Origin: Methanoregula sp.
GTDB lineage: Archaea > Halobacteriota > Methanomicrobia > Methanomicrobiales > Methanospirillaceae
Assembly: GCA_039698055.1 (NCBI GenBank)
Contig: JBDKTL010000030.1
Location: forward strand, 1 to 64,000
Direction of reading: 5' to 3'
Length of the DNA stretch: 64,000 nucleotides
In this document: positions 1 through 10,313 of the stretch, in pieces
Layout of the letters: each line of letters starts with the position of its first letter
Position numbering within the stretch: position 1 is the stretch's first letter
Position numbers and translations under genes: made by a program
The notes under the pieces: generated by a model
Told to the model about the DNA's origin: nothing
The model's input: the letters and a program-made list of their open reading frames with translations, nothing else
Database searches by the model: none

Positions 1-134
1 ACGAGATATCTCGGCAACCGGCTTTCCCCTCAGCCATTGCTTGATCATTCTCGCAATGTCTCGATCTGATAACTTACTCACATCGATATTTAGATTCGAT
101 GTCAAATGATTTCGGGATACTACAGAGGAATCCC

Positions 135-1958
135 ATGCATACCTGCGACGATCTTTTAAAAAAATACTGGGGCTATTCATCATTTTTGCCGCACCAGGAT
201 GAAATAATTTCATCCATTCTGGACGGGCAGGACACTCTTGCGATCATGGCAACCGGGAGCGGAAAGTCGCTCTGTTACCAGTTGCCGGCGCTGGTTCTTG
301 GCGGGCTGACGATTGTCATCTCCCCGCTGATCTCGCTCATGAAAGACCAGGTCGACGATCTGGTGGCCCGGGGAATACCGGCAGCTGCCTGCAACAGTTC
401 ACTGGATTTGCGGGAAAGAAGCCGGATCGAGCGCGAGCTTCTTGATGGCACCCTCCGGCTCCTGTTTATCTCCCCGGAGAAGTGCATGCAGGAGAATTTT
501 TTGCATTCCCTTAAACAGTGTCCCGTGAGGCTTGTCGCCATCGATGAAGCGCACTGCATCTCGGAATGGGGGCACAATTTCCGGCCCGAGTACCGGCAGC
601 TGGCCGCGATAAAAAAACACTTTCCCGGTGTCCCCGTTATTGCATTGACAGCGACGGCAATTCCCGAAGTCCGAAAGGATATCTGCCGGCAGCTCGGGTT
701 ATCGGACGCACACGAATACATCGGCAGTTTTGACCGGCGGAACCTGAAGTACCGGGTCATCCCGAAGAAAAATCCGCTGCTCCTGCTCAAAAACTTCCTT
801 TCCGGGCGCCGTCATGATTCCGGTATTATTTACTGCATGAGCAAACAGGAGACTGAAGATCTGGCAAAGGAGCTGAAAAAACAGGGATATACAGCTGCCG
901 CGTATCACGCGGGGCTCCCAAAACAGGTCCGCGAAACGGTTCAGGACGCGTTTATCCACGACAACATCCATATTGTCTGTGCCACCGTCGCATTTGGCAT
1001 GGGTATCAACAAGCCTGACGTCCGGTTTGTCGTGCATTACGACCTGCCAAAAACTCTGGAGTCCTATTACCAGGAGACCGGCCGGGCCGGGCGGGATGGC
1101 CAGGAAAGTGAATGCGTTCTCTTCTTTAGCCGGGGAGATTGTGCCCGTGTCCGCTCCATGCTTGAACACGATGACGCTTCCGGGCAGCATTTGAGTATCG
1201 CGCTTGGTAAATTGCGGGATATGGTCGCATTTTGCGAAACCACCGGCTGCCGCCGGAAATTCCTGCTCACCTATTTTGGTGAGGAGTATCCCGGTGAGCA
1301 GTGCGGGTCCTGCGACACCTGCGATCACCCGCCGGACCGGGTGGACGGTACCGTGGTGGCCAGACTGATCGTTGGCTGTGTCCACCGGTTGCCGGCACGG
1401 TTTGGCATTGAGATCATTTCTGATGTCCTGCGGGGTTCAAAAAATGTCAGGATCCAGAAGTACCGCCTCGACACCCATCCATCCTATGGCGCAGGGAAAA
1501 AATACAGCAAAGCCCAGTACCGGGCGTGGATTAACGATCTTGTCCTGCAGGGATTCCTTGAACGGACGGGCGACGCTTACCCGGTTATCGGGACCGGCAG
1601 GAAGTGTGAGGATCTGCTGGACGGAAAAGTTCGTGTCATGCTGGCGGTACCGGCGGCCTGCGGCGGAACAGCCTCCCCCTCCCGGCATACCCCCACCGGA
1701 AATGACGGGGAATTGTTCCGGCACCTCAAATCCCTGCGCAAATCAATCGCCGACCGGAACTGTGTTCCCCCCTATGTCATTTTCCCGGACCGGAGTCTTC
1801 TTGAAATGGCATCTTCGCGCCCGCGTGACCGGGCGCAGTTCGGGTGCCTGCCCGGGGTGGGGGAATTTAAGCTGAAAACGTACGGCCCGGCATTTATTGC
1901 GGCGATCAGGACATGGAGTGACGAACAGGTGGCGTATGGTGGAGATGTCTCAATTTAA
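135..1958 (+). CDS. recQ: ATP-dependent DNA helicase RecQ (helicase, Zn/RQC and HRDC domains)
   Basis: Motifs TGSGKSLCYQLP, DEAHCISEWGHNFRPEY and YYQETGRAGRDG, Zn-binding CRR..CGSCDTC, and C-terminal HRDC (PPYVIFPD). ATG 135 preferred over 99. Confidence 0.95.
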   Translation: MHTCDDLLKKYWGYSSFLPHQDEIISSILDGQDTLAIMATGSGKSLCYQLPALVLGGLTIVISPLISLMKDQVDDLVARGIPAAACNSSLDLRERSRIERELLDGTLRLLFISPEKCMQENFLHSLKQCPVRLVAIDEAHCISEWGHNFRPEYRQLAAIKKHFPGVPVIALTATAIPEVRKDICRQLGLSDAHEYIGSFDRRNLKYRVIPKKNPLLLLKNFLSGRRHDSGIIYCMSKQETEDLAKELKKQGYTAAAYHAGLPKQVRETVQDAFIHDNIHIVCATVAFGMGINKPDVRFVVHYDLPKTLESYYQETGRAGRDGQESECVLFFSRGDCARVRSMLEHDDASGQHLSIALGKLRDMVAFCETTGCRRKFLLTYFGEEYPGEQCGSCDTCDHPPDRVDGTVVARLIVGCVHRLPARFGIEIISDVLRGSKNVRIQKYRLDTHPSYGAGKKYSKAQYRAWINDLVLQGFLERTGDAYPVIGTGRKCEDLLDGKVRVMLAVPAACGGTASPSRHTPTGNDGELFRHLKSLRKSIADRNCVPPYVIFPDRSLLEMASSRPRDRAQFGCLPGVGEFKLKTYGPAFIAAIRTWSDEQVAYGGDVSI

Positions 1959-2079
1959 ACGGGACCTGCATTATGGTGCAGGGAAATACCGTTCTACGGT
2001 GAGTATCCCATGCGCTTTTTATAGGAATACAATATCACAATTCTTTTATCCGTACTTTAACATATGAAAGGAGACAGAT

Positions 2080-2556
2080 ATGGCAGCGACTCAGACACGG
2101 ATCCACCAGAAAATTGACGAAGCCGAGATTGACCTCGTCATCCAGTGTAATGACAGCCATGAATTTTACGAGCGGTACCTCAGGGAATTCCCCGCAAAAC
2201 GTAAAGGTATCGAGAGCATCAGCAGGATCTGGAAGCGCCGCAGCGAATTTATGCGGAAACGGCAGGAACCGGAGGCACCGCTCCTCCCTGCCGCCGCCAC
2301 CAGCCCCGCTCACAACCTTGACTCCCTGATTGCCGTTCAGAATAAACTCATGGCCGAGATGACTGCCCTGATGAAGGAGCATTTACAGGTCAGTAAAGAG
2401 ATCCTGTCGATCCTGAAAAATGATCCGGCAGAACCCGCCGGCGGGAAACCTGAAACCAAAAAGACAAAGCGGCGCGTAGCCAAAGTGATCGAAACAAAAG
2501 AGCCGGTTCAGCCGGTCATCGTCAAAAAGCGCAGCCCGATCCTTGTGGGCTCCTGA
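2080..2556 (+). CDS. Hypothetical protein with a coiled-coil segment and basic C-terminal tail
   Basis: GGAG RBS upstream of ATG, plausible codon usage and a T-rich tract downstream. No family recognised. Confidence 0.7.
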   Translation: MAATQTRIHQKIDEAEIDLVIQCNDSHEFYERYLREFPAKRKGIESISRIWKRRSEFMRKRQEPEAPLLPAAATSPAHNLDSLIAVQNKLMAEMTALMKEHLQVSKEILSILKNDPAEPAGGKPETKKTKRRVAKVIETKEPVQPVIVKKRSPILVGS

Positions 2557-2736
2557 TCTCCCCTTTTAATTTTTCCCCATCAGCCAGACATATTCGCGCG
2601 GGCAGTGCATGGTGAAGTACGTGCGCTCTCCCGAGAAGGATACTTTTTTCAGGACAAAAATAACTCCCCTTTTCTTTATGGTTTATGCGAAGGGCACCGC
2701 CGCAATCACCGGTTTGCATATTCCCGTTTCCCCTGC

Positions 2737-3225
2737 TCACCGGATTACCCGGTATCCTTCGCGGGTGAGAATCCGCTCCACATGCTCTTCCCAGCGTTGT
2801 TCATCCGGTATCTTCACATCTTTTATTTCCCGGTCCCAGATGTCATGAAGACGTGCATCCATCGTTGAAAAACAGCGGCCTGCATCTGCCACCCTGCCAA
2901 CCCGTCTTCCCCCGGCATCGCAGATGAGAATACGAAAACAGGAATACTGGCGGCACAGGTCAGGCCGGGAATCGTGTACCGAACAGGCAAACTTTCCCCG
3001 GGGCAGCGATCGTAAAAACGGGCAGGCCATGGGCCGGATTTTGTTCACATCGTTTAAAAGAAAAAGGTCTCGCTTGTCGGTATCGACCGTAACTTCCCGC
3101 TCCTCTCCGGTAGGCATGTACCAGATCCGGAAGGTAAAGGGGCGGATCTCTTTACGGATCCCGATGATCTCCCCCATGGAGCTGCAGCACTCCCCGCACT
3201 GCTGACATACAAATGCCAATGACAA
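2737..3225 (-). CDS. YkgJ-family (CxxCxxCC) cysteine-cluster protein
   Basis: CQQCGECC...CPF...CSVH..RPDLCRQYSC pattern. Confidence 0.85.
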   Translation of the reverse strand: MSLAFVCQQCGECCSSMGEIIGIRKEIRPFTFRIWYMPTGEEREVTVDTDKRDLFLLNDVNKIRPMACPFLRSLPRGKFACSVHDSRPDLCRQYSCFRILICDAGGRRVGRVADAGRCFSTMDARLHDIWDREIKDVKIPDEQRWEEHVERILTREGYRVIR

Positions 3226-3300
3226 CGCCTTTTTTTAGTGCAGCATGGGTGGGCAATGGAGATATATCCAGCGAAATTTTACCGGCTCTTTCCGGCGTAA

Positions 3301-3792
3301 TTATGTCAGCACGGTATACCCGGCCTGCCGCAGTATCGATAGAACTTTTTCGTCCCAGACAATATCGTCGGGTTCAATCAGATCATTGACCTGGTCTTCA
3401 AAGATCCGGGTCAGCCGGAGATCGTCGCTTGCGAGGTGGCGCTGGCACATGATCCGTCCGGCCCGTTTTCCCCCTGCATCAAGGATCAGCATCCTCCAGC
3501 AGCCATAGTCCCGGCAGATCTCCGGGCGCGTAAGGTGAACCGTACAGTACCCTTTTGCAGTCCGGTCATCGAACCGGAAAAACGGGCAGGCCTCCGGCCG
3601 TGAAATGAAAATACTCCGGTCAAGAAACAGATTGTATTTGTCCGGATCGATCATTACTTCTGTTCTTTCTCCCGTGTACTGGTTTCTGACCAGGTACCGG
3701 TAATTCCCGTAGTCTTCCTGTATGACATGTACCAGGCCAAGATGGCTGCAGCATTCTCCGCACTGCTGGCATTCAAACGGCAAAAGATTCAC
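3301..3792 (-). CDS. YkgJ-family (CxxCxxCC) cysteine-cluster protein, tandem paralog of 2737..3225
   Basis: CQQCGECC...CPFF...CTVH..RPEICRDYGC, with a GGAGGTGA RBS overlapping the GTG start. Confidence 0.85.
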   Translation of the reverse strand: MNLLPFECQQCGECCSHLGLVHVIQEDYGNYRYLVRNQYTGERTEVMIDPDKYNLFLDRSIFISRPEACPFFRFDDRTAKGYCTVHLTRPEICRDYGCWRMLILDAGGKRAGRIMCQRHLASDDLRLTRIFEDQVNDLIEPDDIVWDEKVLSILRQAGYTVLT

Positions 3793-3931
3793 CTCCCCGG
3801 TATCCGGGTATCGCGTTTCATCTCAATAAACCGTGTGGATGTGGTTGAGATGCGATAATCCTGCGGGTGTCTGCACATCCCCGGGATTTCCACGATTGTC
3901 AAAAAAAGCCCGGAATCCCGGGAGAAATCTC

Positions 3932-5323
3932 TTACAAATCCCTTCTCCGGGACCGGGAAGAACCCCCCGAACCTCCCTGCCGTCTCGAGAAAAAGAACAA
4001 GAGTGCAATTCCTCCTGTTGCAAGAAGAACCACTGCCACGATAATCGCAGTGGTATCGGGCGGTGACAGTTCAGCTGTGGAACTATTCATCGCAGGAGAC
4101 GGGGAGGCAGCAGGCACAACCGTGTCGGTTTTGTCCACAACCAAAGTTGATGATGGAGTCACGGCAGCCATGCCGAAGGTGGGTGTTGCCAGCGGCGTGC
4201 CGGTTGCCGTCGCCGTAATTGTCAGGGCAGAAACCATGATCGTGCTGGTCTGCTCATCAGAACCGGCGGTATTGGATGCCGTCAGGGAAACCTCGTACGT
4301 TCCGGCGGATGCGTAGATATGGGTAGGGTTCTGCTGGGTGCTGGTGCTTCCATCCCCAAACGCCCATGACCACGAAGTGGGATCATTGAACGAGGTGTCG
4401 CTGAACCGGACGGTAAGCGGAGCCGTGCCCGATGTCACCGAGGAAGAGAATGATGCAACCGGGGTGACGGGCGGGGAATATACCGCGATGTACTCCGGCT
4501 GTTCCTGCGTAGTGCTTCCCGCAGAATTGGTCACGGTTAACCGGACCGTGTAGGTGCCTTCATGGGTATAGATGTAGTATGGGTTTTTCTGGGTGGATAT
4601 TCCCCCGTCTCCAAACGACCATGCCCATGCGGTGGGAGAACCCGATGATAGATCGGTAAACTGCACGGCAAGCGGAGATGTACCTGAAATGACCGATGCA
4701 GAAAACAGGGCTGCCGGCATTGAATCAGGAGAGGTGACGGTGATGTACTGGGTCTGTGAAATCGTATTTCCACCGGCAGAGTTTGTCGTCGTGAGCGTAA
4801 TGGTGTACGTGCCGGTTGTGGTATAGGTGTGCGACGGGTTCTGCACCGTCGCGATGCTGCCATCGCCAAACGACCAGTACCATGCCGTGGGCGAATGGGT
4901 GGAAGTATCGGTGAACTGGACTGCCAGTGGTGCGCTGCCGGTTGTTACCGATGCGGTAAATGATGATGCCGGGGCATAGGTTGCAGCTTTTAACGTAATG
5001 AACCCGGTCTGGAACACGGTATTGCTGCCGTAATCGTTGGATGCCGTGAGCCAGACATCGTAGGTACCGGTGTTCATGTACGTGTGCGACGGGTTCTGGA
5101 CCGTGCTCGACCCGCCGTCGCCAAATGACCAGATCCATGAAGTTGGCGCGTTGGACGACGTATCGGTGAACTGTACCGTAATCGGAACCGTCCCGGAGGG
5201 AATATTTGCGATAAACGAGGCGACGGGTATCGTCCCGCTCGCCGATACCGGCATACACCAGGATGCGATGGCAAAAAGAATCAGAAAACCCGTCGCGGCG
5301 CGGTTAAACCTCGTCCCGTTCAT
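3932..5323 (-). CDS. Secreted, membrane-anchored surface protein with four PKD domains
   Basis: N-terminal signal peptide, four repeats of F.D.S...P..W.W.FGDG..ST..NP...Y...GTY, an S/T-rich linker and a C-terminal TM helix. Confidence 0.92.
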   Translation of the reverse strand: MNGTRFNRAATGFLILFAIASWCMPVSASGTIPVASFIANIPSGTVPITVQFTDTSSNAPTSWIWSFGDGGSSTVQNPSHTYMNTGTYDVWLTASNDYGSNTVFQTGFITLKAATYAPASSFTASVTTGSAPLAVQFTDTSTHSPTAWYWSFGDGSIATVQNPSHTYTTTGTYTITLTTTNSAGGNTISQTQYITVTSPDSMPAALFSASVISGTSPLAVQFTDLSSGSPTAWAWSFGDGGISTQKNPYYIYTHEGTYTVRLTVTNSAGSTTQEQPEYIAVYSPPVTPVASFSSSVTSGTAPLTVRFSDTSFNDPTSWSWAFGDGSTSTQQNPTHIYASAGTYEVSLTASNTAGSDEQTSTIMVSALTITATATGTPLATPTFGMAAVTPSSTLVVDKTDTVVPAASPSPAMNSSTAELSPPDTTAIIVAVVLLATGGIALLFFFSRRQGGSGGSSRSRRRDL

Positions 5324-5356
5324 GTATGCACATCACATCCTGCCCGTCAGCTGGTT

Positions 5357-5644
5357 TTACCCTGCATTGCCGGTTGAAAAATCAGTTTTTTTGTCCAGTT
5401 TCTGCTGGTGTTCTTCGAGAAGCCGCCGTAATTCGTCACGCGCCTTTTCTTTGTCGTGGACGCCGGTAAACAGGATCCGGACATTTTCACGGTCGTCTTT
5501 TAAATACACTGCCTCATCGTAGACAACCATCAGGATCTCATCGTCGGTGCCAAACGTGTGCTCCTCGTATTCTCCTTTCATGTACCGCTCGCGCTGCTCT
5601 TTTGTCGGCGCCGCATATTTGTTCTCGAACCGGAAGACTCCCAT
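5357..5644 (-). CDS. Conserved hypothetical protein
   Basis: Clean ATG ORF with typical composition, directly upstream of the PKD gene. Confidence 0.7.
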   Translation of the reverse strand: MGVFRFENKYAAPTKEQRERYMKGEYEEHTFGTDDEILMVVYDEAVYLKDDRENVRILFTGVHDKEKARDELRRLLEEHQQKLDKKTDFSTGNAG

Positions 5645-5865
5645 TTTTTTAATTTACCCGTAACTACTCATTATGGTTCTTGGCAAATTTCAATCTGGTG
5701 ACCCGGGCACGAGCGTGCCGGACTGGTGAATGGTTCCGGCTTGAGGTCCCAATTGCAGGAGCGCGATCATGGGGTGTGCTCCCGCCGTTGGGGTTCCTCA
5801 CCCTCAAGTGAGTGCAAATCAAAAAAAATTGTCACGCACCCGGGTTCCATCAGACTCATGTCGTG

Positions 5866-8622
5866 CTATTCAGTCTTCTGGCCGGTTTCACTAAACCGGT
5901 ACCCGCCTTTTGGCACATGAATCTCAAATCGTGCACCTTTTCCGGGTTCGCTGGTCTCGTTGATCGTAATGCCGGTGATAAGAAGGATCTCCCGGGAGAA
6001 AAACAGGCCAAGGCCGGTATTTTTGCCATGTCCCCGCTCAAAGAGATGTGCCTTGTCCTCCACGCTGATCCCCACCCCGTCATCTTCGACAACAATTAAA
6101 AGTCCTGCACTGGTTTCGCTGGACGACACCGTGATGCGGGTCAGTCTGTCCCCGCCATATCTCAGGGAATTGTCGATCAGGTTATAGCAGACTTTGGAAA
6201 AGAGCGGATCGACATACAGTTCAAGATCCGTGCGGTCAGGTACCACCCGGATGTTTCTCATCGGCAGGAGCGTTGTCGCATTATCCAGGCAGCGACTCAG
6301 GTTCTGCCACACCGGCGATTTTACCCCCAGTTCCTCGTACTCCCTCGTGAACAGGATCTGGTTACGGATCGCGGCCGCGGCAGTTTTTTCTTTCCCGATA
6401 TACTGGCCCAGTTTTTTGGGATCGGAAAGAAAGTTTTCGGATATATCGAGGAACCCTTCGAGTGCCGTCAGCTGGTTGAGGATATCGTGCCGGGTAATAC
6501 CCGTGAGAAGGTTGAGTTTCTTACTGGCATGATGCAGTGCGATTTCTGCCTTTTTAGGCTCCGTGATGTCCAGCAGCGAGGCCGCACTCACGGTGGTGCC
6601 GGGGATAAGATCGATGATCAGGTAGATATTGCGGATATCCCCGGACTTTGTCCGGAACCGGAATTCGTATTTTGTCAGCGCCTCCTGCTTGTTCTGCCTG
6701 CGCAGGCGGTGCTGGGCAAGCATCCGCTCCAGGTCCTCGCTGACGACAAACTCCGTCCATTTCTTTTTCCCCACAATCTCCTGCCGTGTGTACCCGGACA
6801 TCCTTGCAAATTCCCCGTTTGCAAGGCTTATGACGGTATCCTCCTCGATCAGCACCATTGCCGTGCCGGTATTTTCAAAAACGGTCCGGTAGGTCTCTTC
6901 ACTCCGCCGGAGTGCCTCTTCGGTCTTTTTGCGCTTGGAGATATCGGTAAACATCGCAAAAGAGCCGGAACAGGAACCGTCTGCATCGATGATCGGGGTG
7001 GCCGACACAAAGCACCAGATCGTCCGGCGGTTTTTGTGCCGGAACCTCTGTTCGTACGTCCCGCGTTTTCCCCTGATGCATTCCTGTGCATGCCGGGAAT
7101 GTTCCACGAGGTCTTCTTCGAACTGGAACGTTTCGGCCGGTTTACCGATAAACTCGTCAATGGTATACCCCAGCATCTCCGCCATATGCGCATTGGCAAA
7201 CGTGATGACCTGATCTTTGTCGAGAATCCATATCCCTTCGTTTGCAGTTTCAACGATCTGCCGGTATTGTTCCTCGGTCCGGCGCTGTGTCGTAATATCC
7301 CGTACCGATTCTATTGCCCCGGTCACCTTGCGTTTTTCATCATAGAGCGGAGAGGCAATTGACCATATTCGTAGGGGTTGTCCCTGGACCGGGGAAATGT
7401 CCAGTTCGGCAGATATTGTATTTTTCGTCCGGTTGATCTGCGTATAATGATAGGATGCGAGTTCTTCGTCGGTTGCTGACAGCAGGTTGAGCAGCGCCGG
7501 CACCCGCTGTCCGGAATGCCGCGACATAAATTCGTAATTTTCCCTGCCGAGGATCTCTTCAGCCCCGACTCCGGTCAGGTTTTCCATCGCTTTGTTCCAG
7601 ATGATGACCGTGCCGGTATTGTTTACGGCAAAGGTGGGTTCGGGAAGGAAATTGATAATGTCCATAAACCGCTGGCCGGTACGTTCCAGTTCTTCGAGCA
7701 CCTCTGCCCGGTTCTCTTCAAGCGCGAGCGTTTCAAGGGCAAAGGTCAGGTCTTCGGAAAGTTCGGTCAGGAGCTGGATCTCGGAGTTGGTAAAAACGTT
7801 TGCCTCACCTGAAAAAAAGGTGATTGCTCCTCTGGTTGTTTTCCCGGTACTGAAGGGAAACGATGCGAGCGAACGGTAATGGTGCTCCTGTGCATCCTCT
7901 CTCCAGCTGGCCATTTTGGGATCGGTAAATACATCGTTGGAGATATACGCGTGGCACTCCCGTATAGCAATACCGGTTGGCCGTTTTTCAGGAAACGGGG
8001 CATTTTCGGTAACAGTGATATCGGCAAAACCGTCCGGTGTTTTTTTGGCAGAAACGGTAGTCCACTGTGGGTTGCTTCCTTCCCCGACAACAATCTTTGC
8101 CTGTAATAATTCCCCTTCCTGCACGGCTATCGTGCAGGCTTCTTTCATGAGTTCCAGCGGGTCATGGATGTGAAGGACGGCCTCATTGATACGGCTGAGC
8201 ACGATATAGATCCGGTTGAGCCGGATGATTTTTTTCTGGTTTTCCCTGAGCTGAACGGCTTTTTTTACATAGGACGACAATTCGGCAAACTGGGCTTTTG
8301 GATCGCCTCCTTTCCTGACATAGAAATCTGCTCCGTTGTTGATCGATTCGATCACAATCTCTTCCCGGCCTTTGCCGGTGAATATGAGGAAGGGGAGATC
8401 AGGGTATTTTTCCCGGATCATCTTCAGGAATTTAATGCCGTCCATTTCGGGCATTTCATAATCTGAAATGATGGCATCGAAACGTGTTGTCGAAAGTATC
8501 TCCAGCGCGTCGTGTGCTGACATCGCGGTCGATACGACAAACTCATGATCTTTTTCAAGAAACAGTTTGACCGTATCCAGCAGGACCGGCTCGTCATCTA
8601 CATAGAGAATTGAAATCATCAT
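5866..8622 (-). CDS. Hybrid sensor histidine kinase (REC-GAF-3xPAS-HisKA-HATPase)
   Basis: ILYVDDE/SDYEMP receiver, GAF, PAS/PAC repeats, H-box TRHDILNQL, N-box NLIDNS, and G boxes DDGVG and GLGL. Confidence 0.93.
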   Translation of the reverse strand: MMISILYVDDEPVLLDTVKLFLEKDHEFVVSTAMSAHDALEILSTTRFDAIISDYEMPEMDGIKFLKMIREKYPDLPFLIFTGKGREEIVIESINNGADFYVRKGGDPKAQFAELSSYVKKAVQLRENQKKIIRLNRIYIVLSRINEAVLHIHDPLELMKEACTIAVQEGELLQAKIVVGEGSNPQWTTVSAKKTPDGFADITVTENAPFPEKRPTGIAIRECHAYISNDVFTDPKMASWREDAQEHHYRSLASFPFSTGKTTRGAITFFSGEANVFTNSEIQLLTELSEDLTFALETLALEENRAEVLEELERTGQRFMDIINFLPEPTFAVNNTGTVIIWNKAMENLTGVGAEEILGRENYEFMSRHSGQRVPALLNLLSATDEELASYHYTQINRTKNTISAELDISPVQGQPLRIWSIASPLYDEKRKVTGAIESVRDITTQRRTEEQYRQIVETANEGIWILDKDQVITFANAHMAEMLGYTIDEFIGKPAETFQFEEDLVEHSRHAQECIRGKRGTYEQRFRHKNRRTIWCFVSATPIIDADGSCSGSFAMFTDISKRKKTEEALRRSEETYRTVFENTGTAMVLIEEDTVISLANGEFARMSGYTRQEIVGKKKWTEFVVSEDLERMLAQHRLRRQNKQEALTKYEFRFRTKSGDIRNIYLIIDLIPGTTVSAASLLDITEPKKAEIALHHASKKLNLLTGITRHDILNQLTALEGFLDISENFLSDPKKLGQYIGKEKTAAAAIRNQILFTREYEELGVKSPVWQNLSRCLDNATTLLPMRNIRVVPDRTDLELYVDPLFSKVCYNLIDNSLRYGGDRLTRITVSSSETSAGLLIVVEDDGVGISVEDKAHLFERGHGKNTGLGLFFSREILLITGITINETSEPGKGARFEIHVPKGGYRFSETGQKTE

Positions 8623-8800
8623 TTCCGCTCAAGGGTTTTCTGTTACCGTCTATGTTCTATAGATTCTATAGGGAGTTTATAAATATGCTGGTCAATATAA
8701 CAAAAAAAGTCTGGTGGGGCGGGTCAATCATGTGATCCGGCGCCCTATCGCGGATTCATTATTTTTTTTTAAAATTACGGCATATCCTGCTGCGGTGCAA

Positions 8801-10225
8801 TCAGCGCCTGAGGAATTTGTGCAGGATCGTCATATCGCTGCCTTTTGGAACTTTTTTTACGGGAGGTTTTCTGGGCGCCGCATCTATGTCATCGTCATCT
8901 TCAATGACCTCCACCTTTGGCAACCGTTTCATATGGGGGTTTGTATCGGCAGCCCGGGGGTTGGTCGCATGTGCCGGGACTTGTGCAGGCGATGGAGCAG
9001 ATTTCGGGTGCCCCAGTTTTGTTCCACACCCCGGGCAGAAATTTGCAGAGGTTGGAAGTTTTTTCCCGCATGAATGACAGAACTGGGGTGATTCGGCACT
9101 TTCCTCGTGCGCAATCGGGCGATGGGAGCGGACGGGTTGTTTCTCCGGAATAAAATCGATGATTGAATCCGGCTCTTCTTCAGGTTCCGGAGCCCTGACC
9201 GGCTCCACTGCCGGTTTTCTGACCGGTTGCACTCCCGGCTGGCGGACAGGCTGAAGCGGGCTTTTCATCGCATTTTTCATCGCTGAATGCACTTCGGTTT
9301 TTCTCAGTGGCTGGGGTTCAGCCCTTCCGGTTGACGGGATCTCACGAACGAACGTGACAGGGCGGGCAGCCTTTTTCTCCGGTTCATCGATGGCTTTGAA
9401 CTGGGTACGCCTGACAGGTTTTACCGGTTCCGGCTCCACGTACTCCTCTTCAGGTTCCGGCGCCTGGTACGTCGTGAGGAGCCTTTTTACCGGGGGTTGT
9501 TTCTCATGATCTTTTGTCGGCTTTCTTGTGGGATGCAGTTCCTGCGGGGGGGCTGGTTTTGGGGTGCGGACCGGTTCTTCCGGCTCTTCGTAATCTTCCG
9601 GTTCTTCCTCATCCACGACTTCGCGTCTGCGGGATGATTTTTCAGAAGATCTCTTTTGAGGTTTTTCCCGTTCGGACTGTTCCTGCAGCAGTCCCACCCA
9701 GTCATCAACCTCGCTTGTCCGGTCCATCCCGTTCTGGGTAAAGACCAGTTTCATTGTTTTTATATCATCGTCGATTGATTTGATGGAAAGTACGAGAACG
9801 GGATCAGAATTTTCAGAAACTTCCACGATACTCCCGACAATCGTATCGCGGGGGATATCTTTTGCCGTGACCTTGATCTTCTTTTCCTGCGTATCGATCA
9901 GGAAAACACGCCGGTCGGTAAGGTACGCGTGAAAAGGAAATTTTTTTACCGAAATATTGAGCGACCCGATGAGCACCTGTTCCCCCGGCTCAAGGACTTT
10001 GGATAATCCGCCTTCCTCTTCCGCGTCCTCTCCGGCGGTGTCTTCAGCCGCAGGCCGGGACGGTTTTTTTGCAGTTTTTTGTGCGGCGCCCCGGTCGGGT
10101 ATATCCGCCTTCCCCCGAGCTGTGCCCTGAGCTTTTTCCGCACGATCGGATATGGTGCCGCCACAGTAGCCGCAGACCTCGACATTGTCCCGGATATTCA
10201 TCCCGCAATGAGGGCATTTCTTCAT
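8801..10225 (-). CDS. Zinc-ribbon protein with a PH-like domain and a long charged, Pro-rich linker
   Basis: N-terminal CPHCG..CGYCG and C-terminal CHSCG..CPGCG double zinc ribbons, plus an LTDRRVFL PH-like strand. Confidence 0.75.
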   Translation of the reverse strand: MKKCPHCGMNIRDNVEVCGYCGGTISDRAEKAQGTARGKADIPDRGAAQKTAKKPSRPAAEDTAGEDAEEEGGLSKVLEPGEQVLIGSLNISVKKFPFHAYLTDRRVFLIDTQEKKIKVTAKDIPRDTIVGSIVEVSENSDPVLVLSIKSIDDDIKTMKLVFTQNGMDRTSEVDDWVGLLQEQSEREKPQKRSSEKSSRRREVVDEEEPEDYEEPEEPVRTPKPAPPQELHPTRKPTKDHEKQPPVKRLLTTYQAPEPEEEYVEPEPVKPVRRTQFKAIDEPEKKAARPVTFVREIPSTGRAEPQPLRKTEVHSAMKNAMKSPLQPVRQPGVQPVRKPAVEPVRAPEPEEEPDSIIDFIPEKQPVRSHRPIAHEESAESPQFCHSCGKKLPTSANFCPGCGTKLGHPKSAPSPAQVPAHATNPRAADTNPHMKRLPKVEVIEDDDDIDAAPRKPPVKKVPKGSDMTILHKFLRR

Positions 10226-10313
10226 CGGTAATCTCCTTTAAACGATCTTAAATAAGCAGGTAAATAGTATGTTCTCATCTGATATGAAAAATTCTCTGAT
10301 CCGATTGTGCAAT

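Noticed and set aside
135-1958. Bacterial-type RecQ in an archaeon as a novelty
   Set aside because: RecQ is already known in Methanomicrobia.
2737-3792. Tandem YkgJ duplication as a novel system
   Set aside because: Paralogous CxxCxxCC proteins are common in methanogens, and nothing else unusual was seen.
4200-5230. Recurrent DNA repeats (CCAAACG, GGGTTCTG, TCGGTGAACTG)
   Set aside because: Explained by four coding PKD domain repeats.
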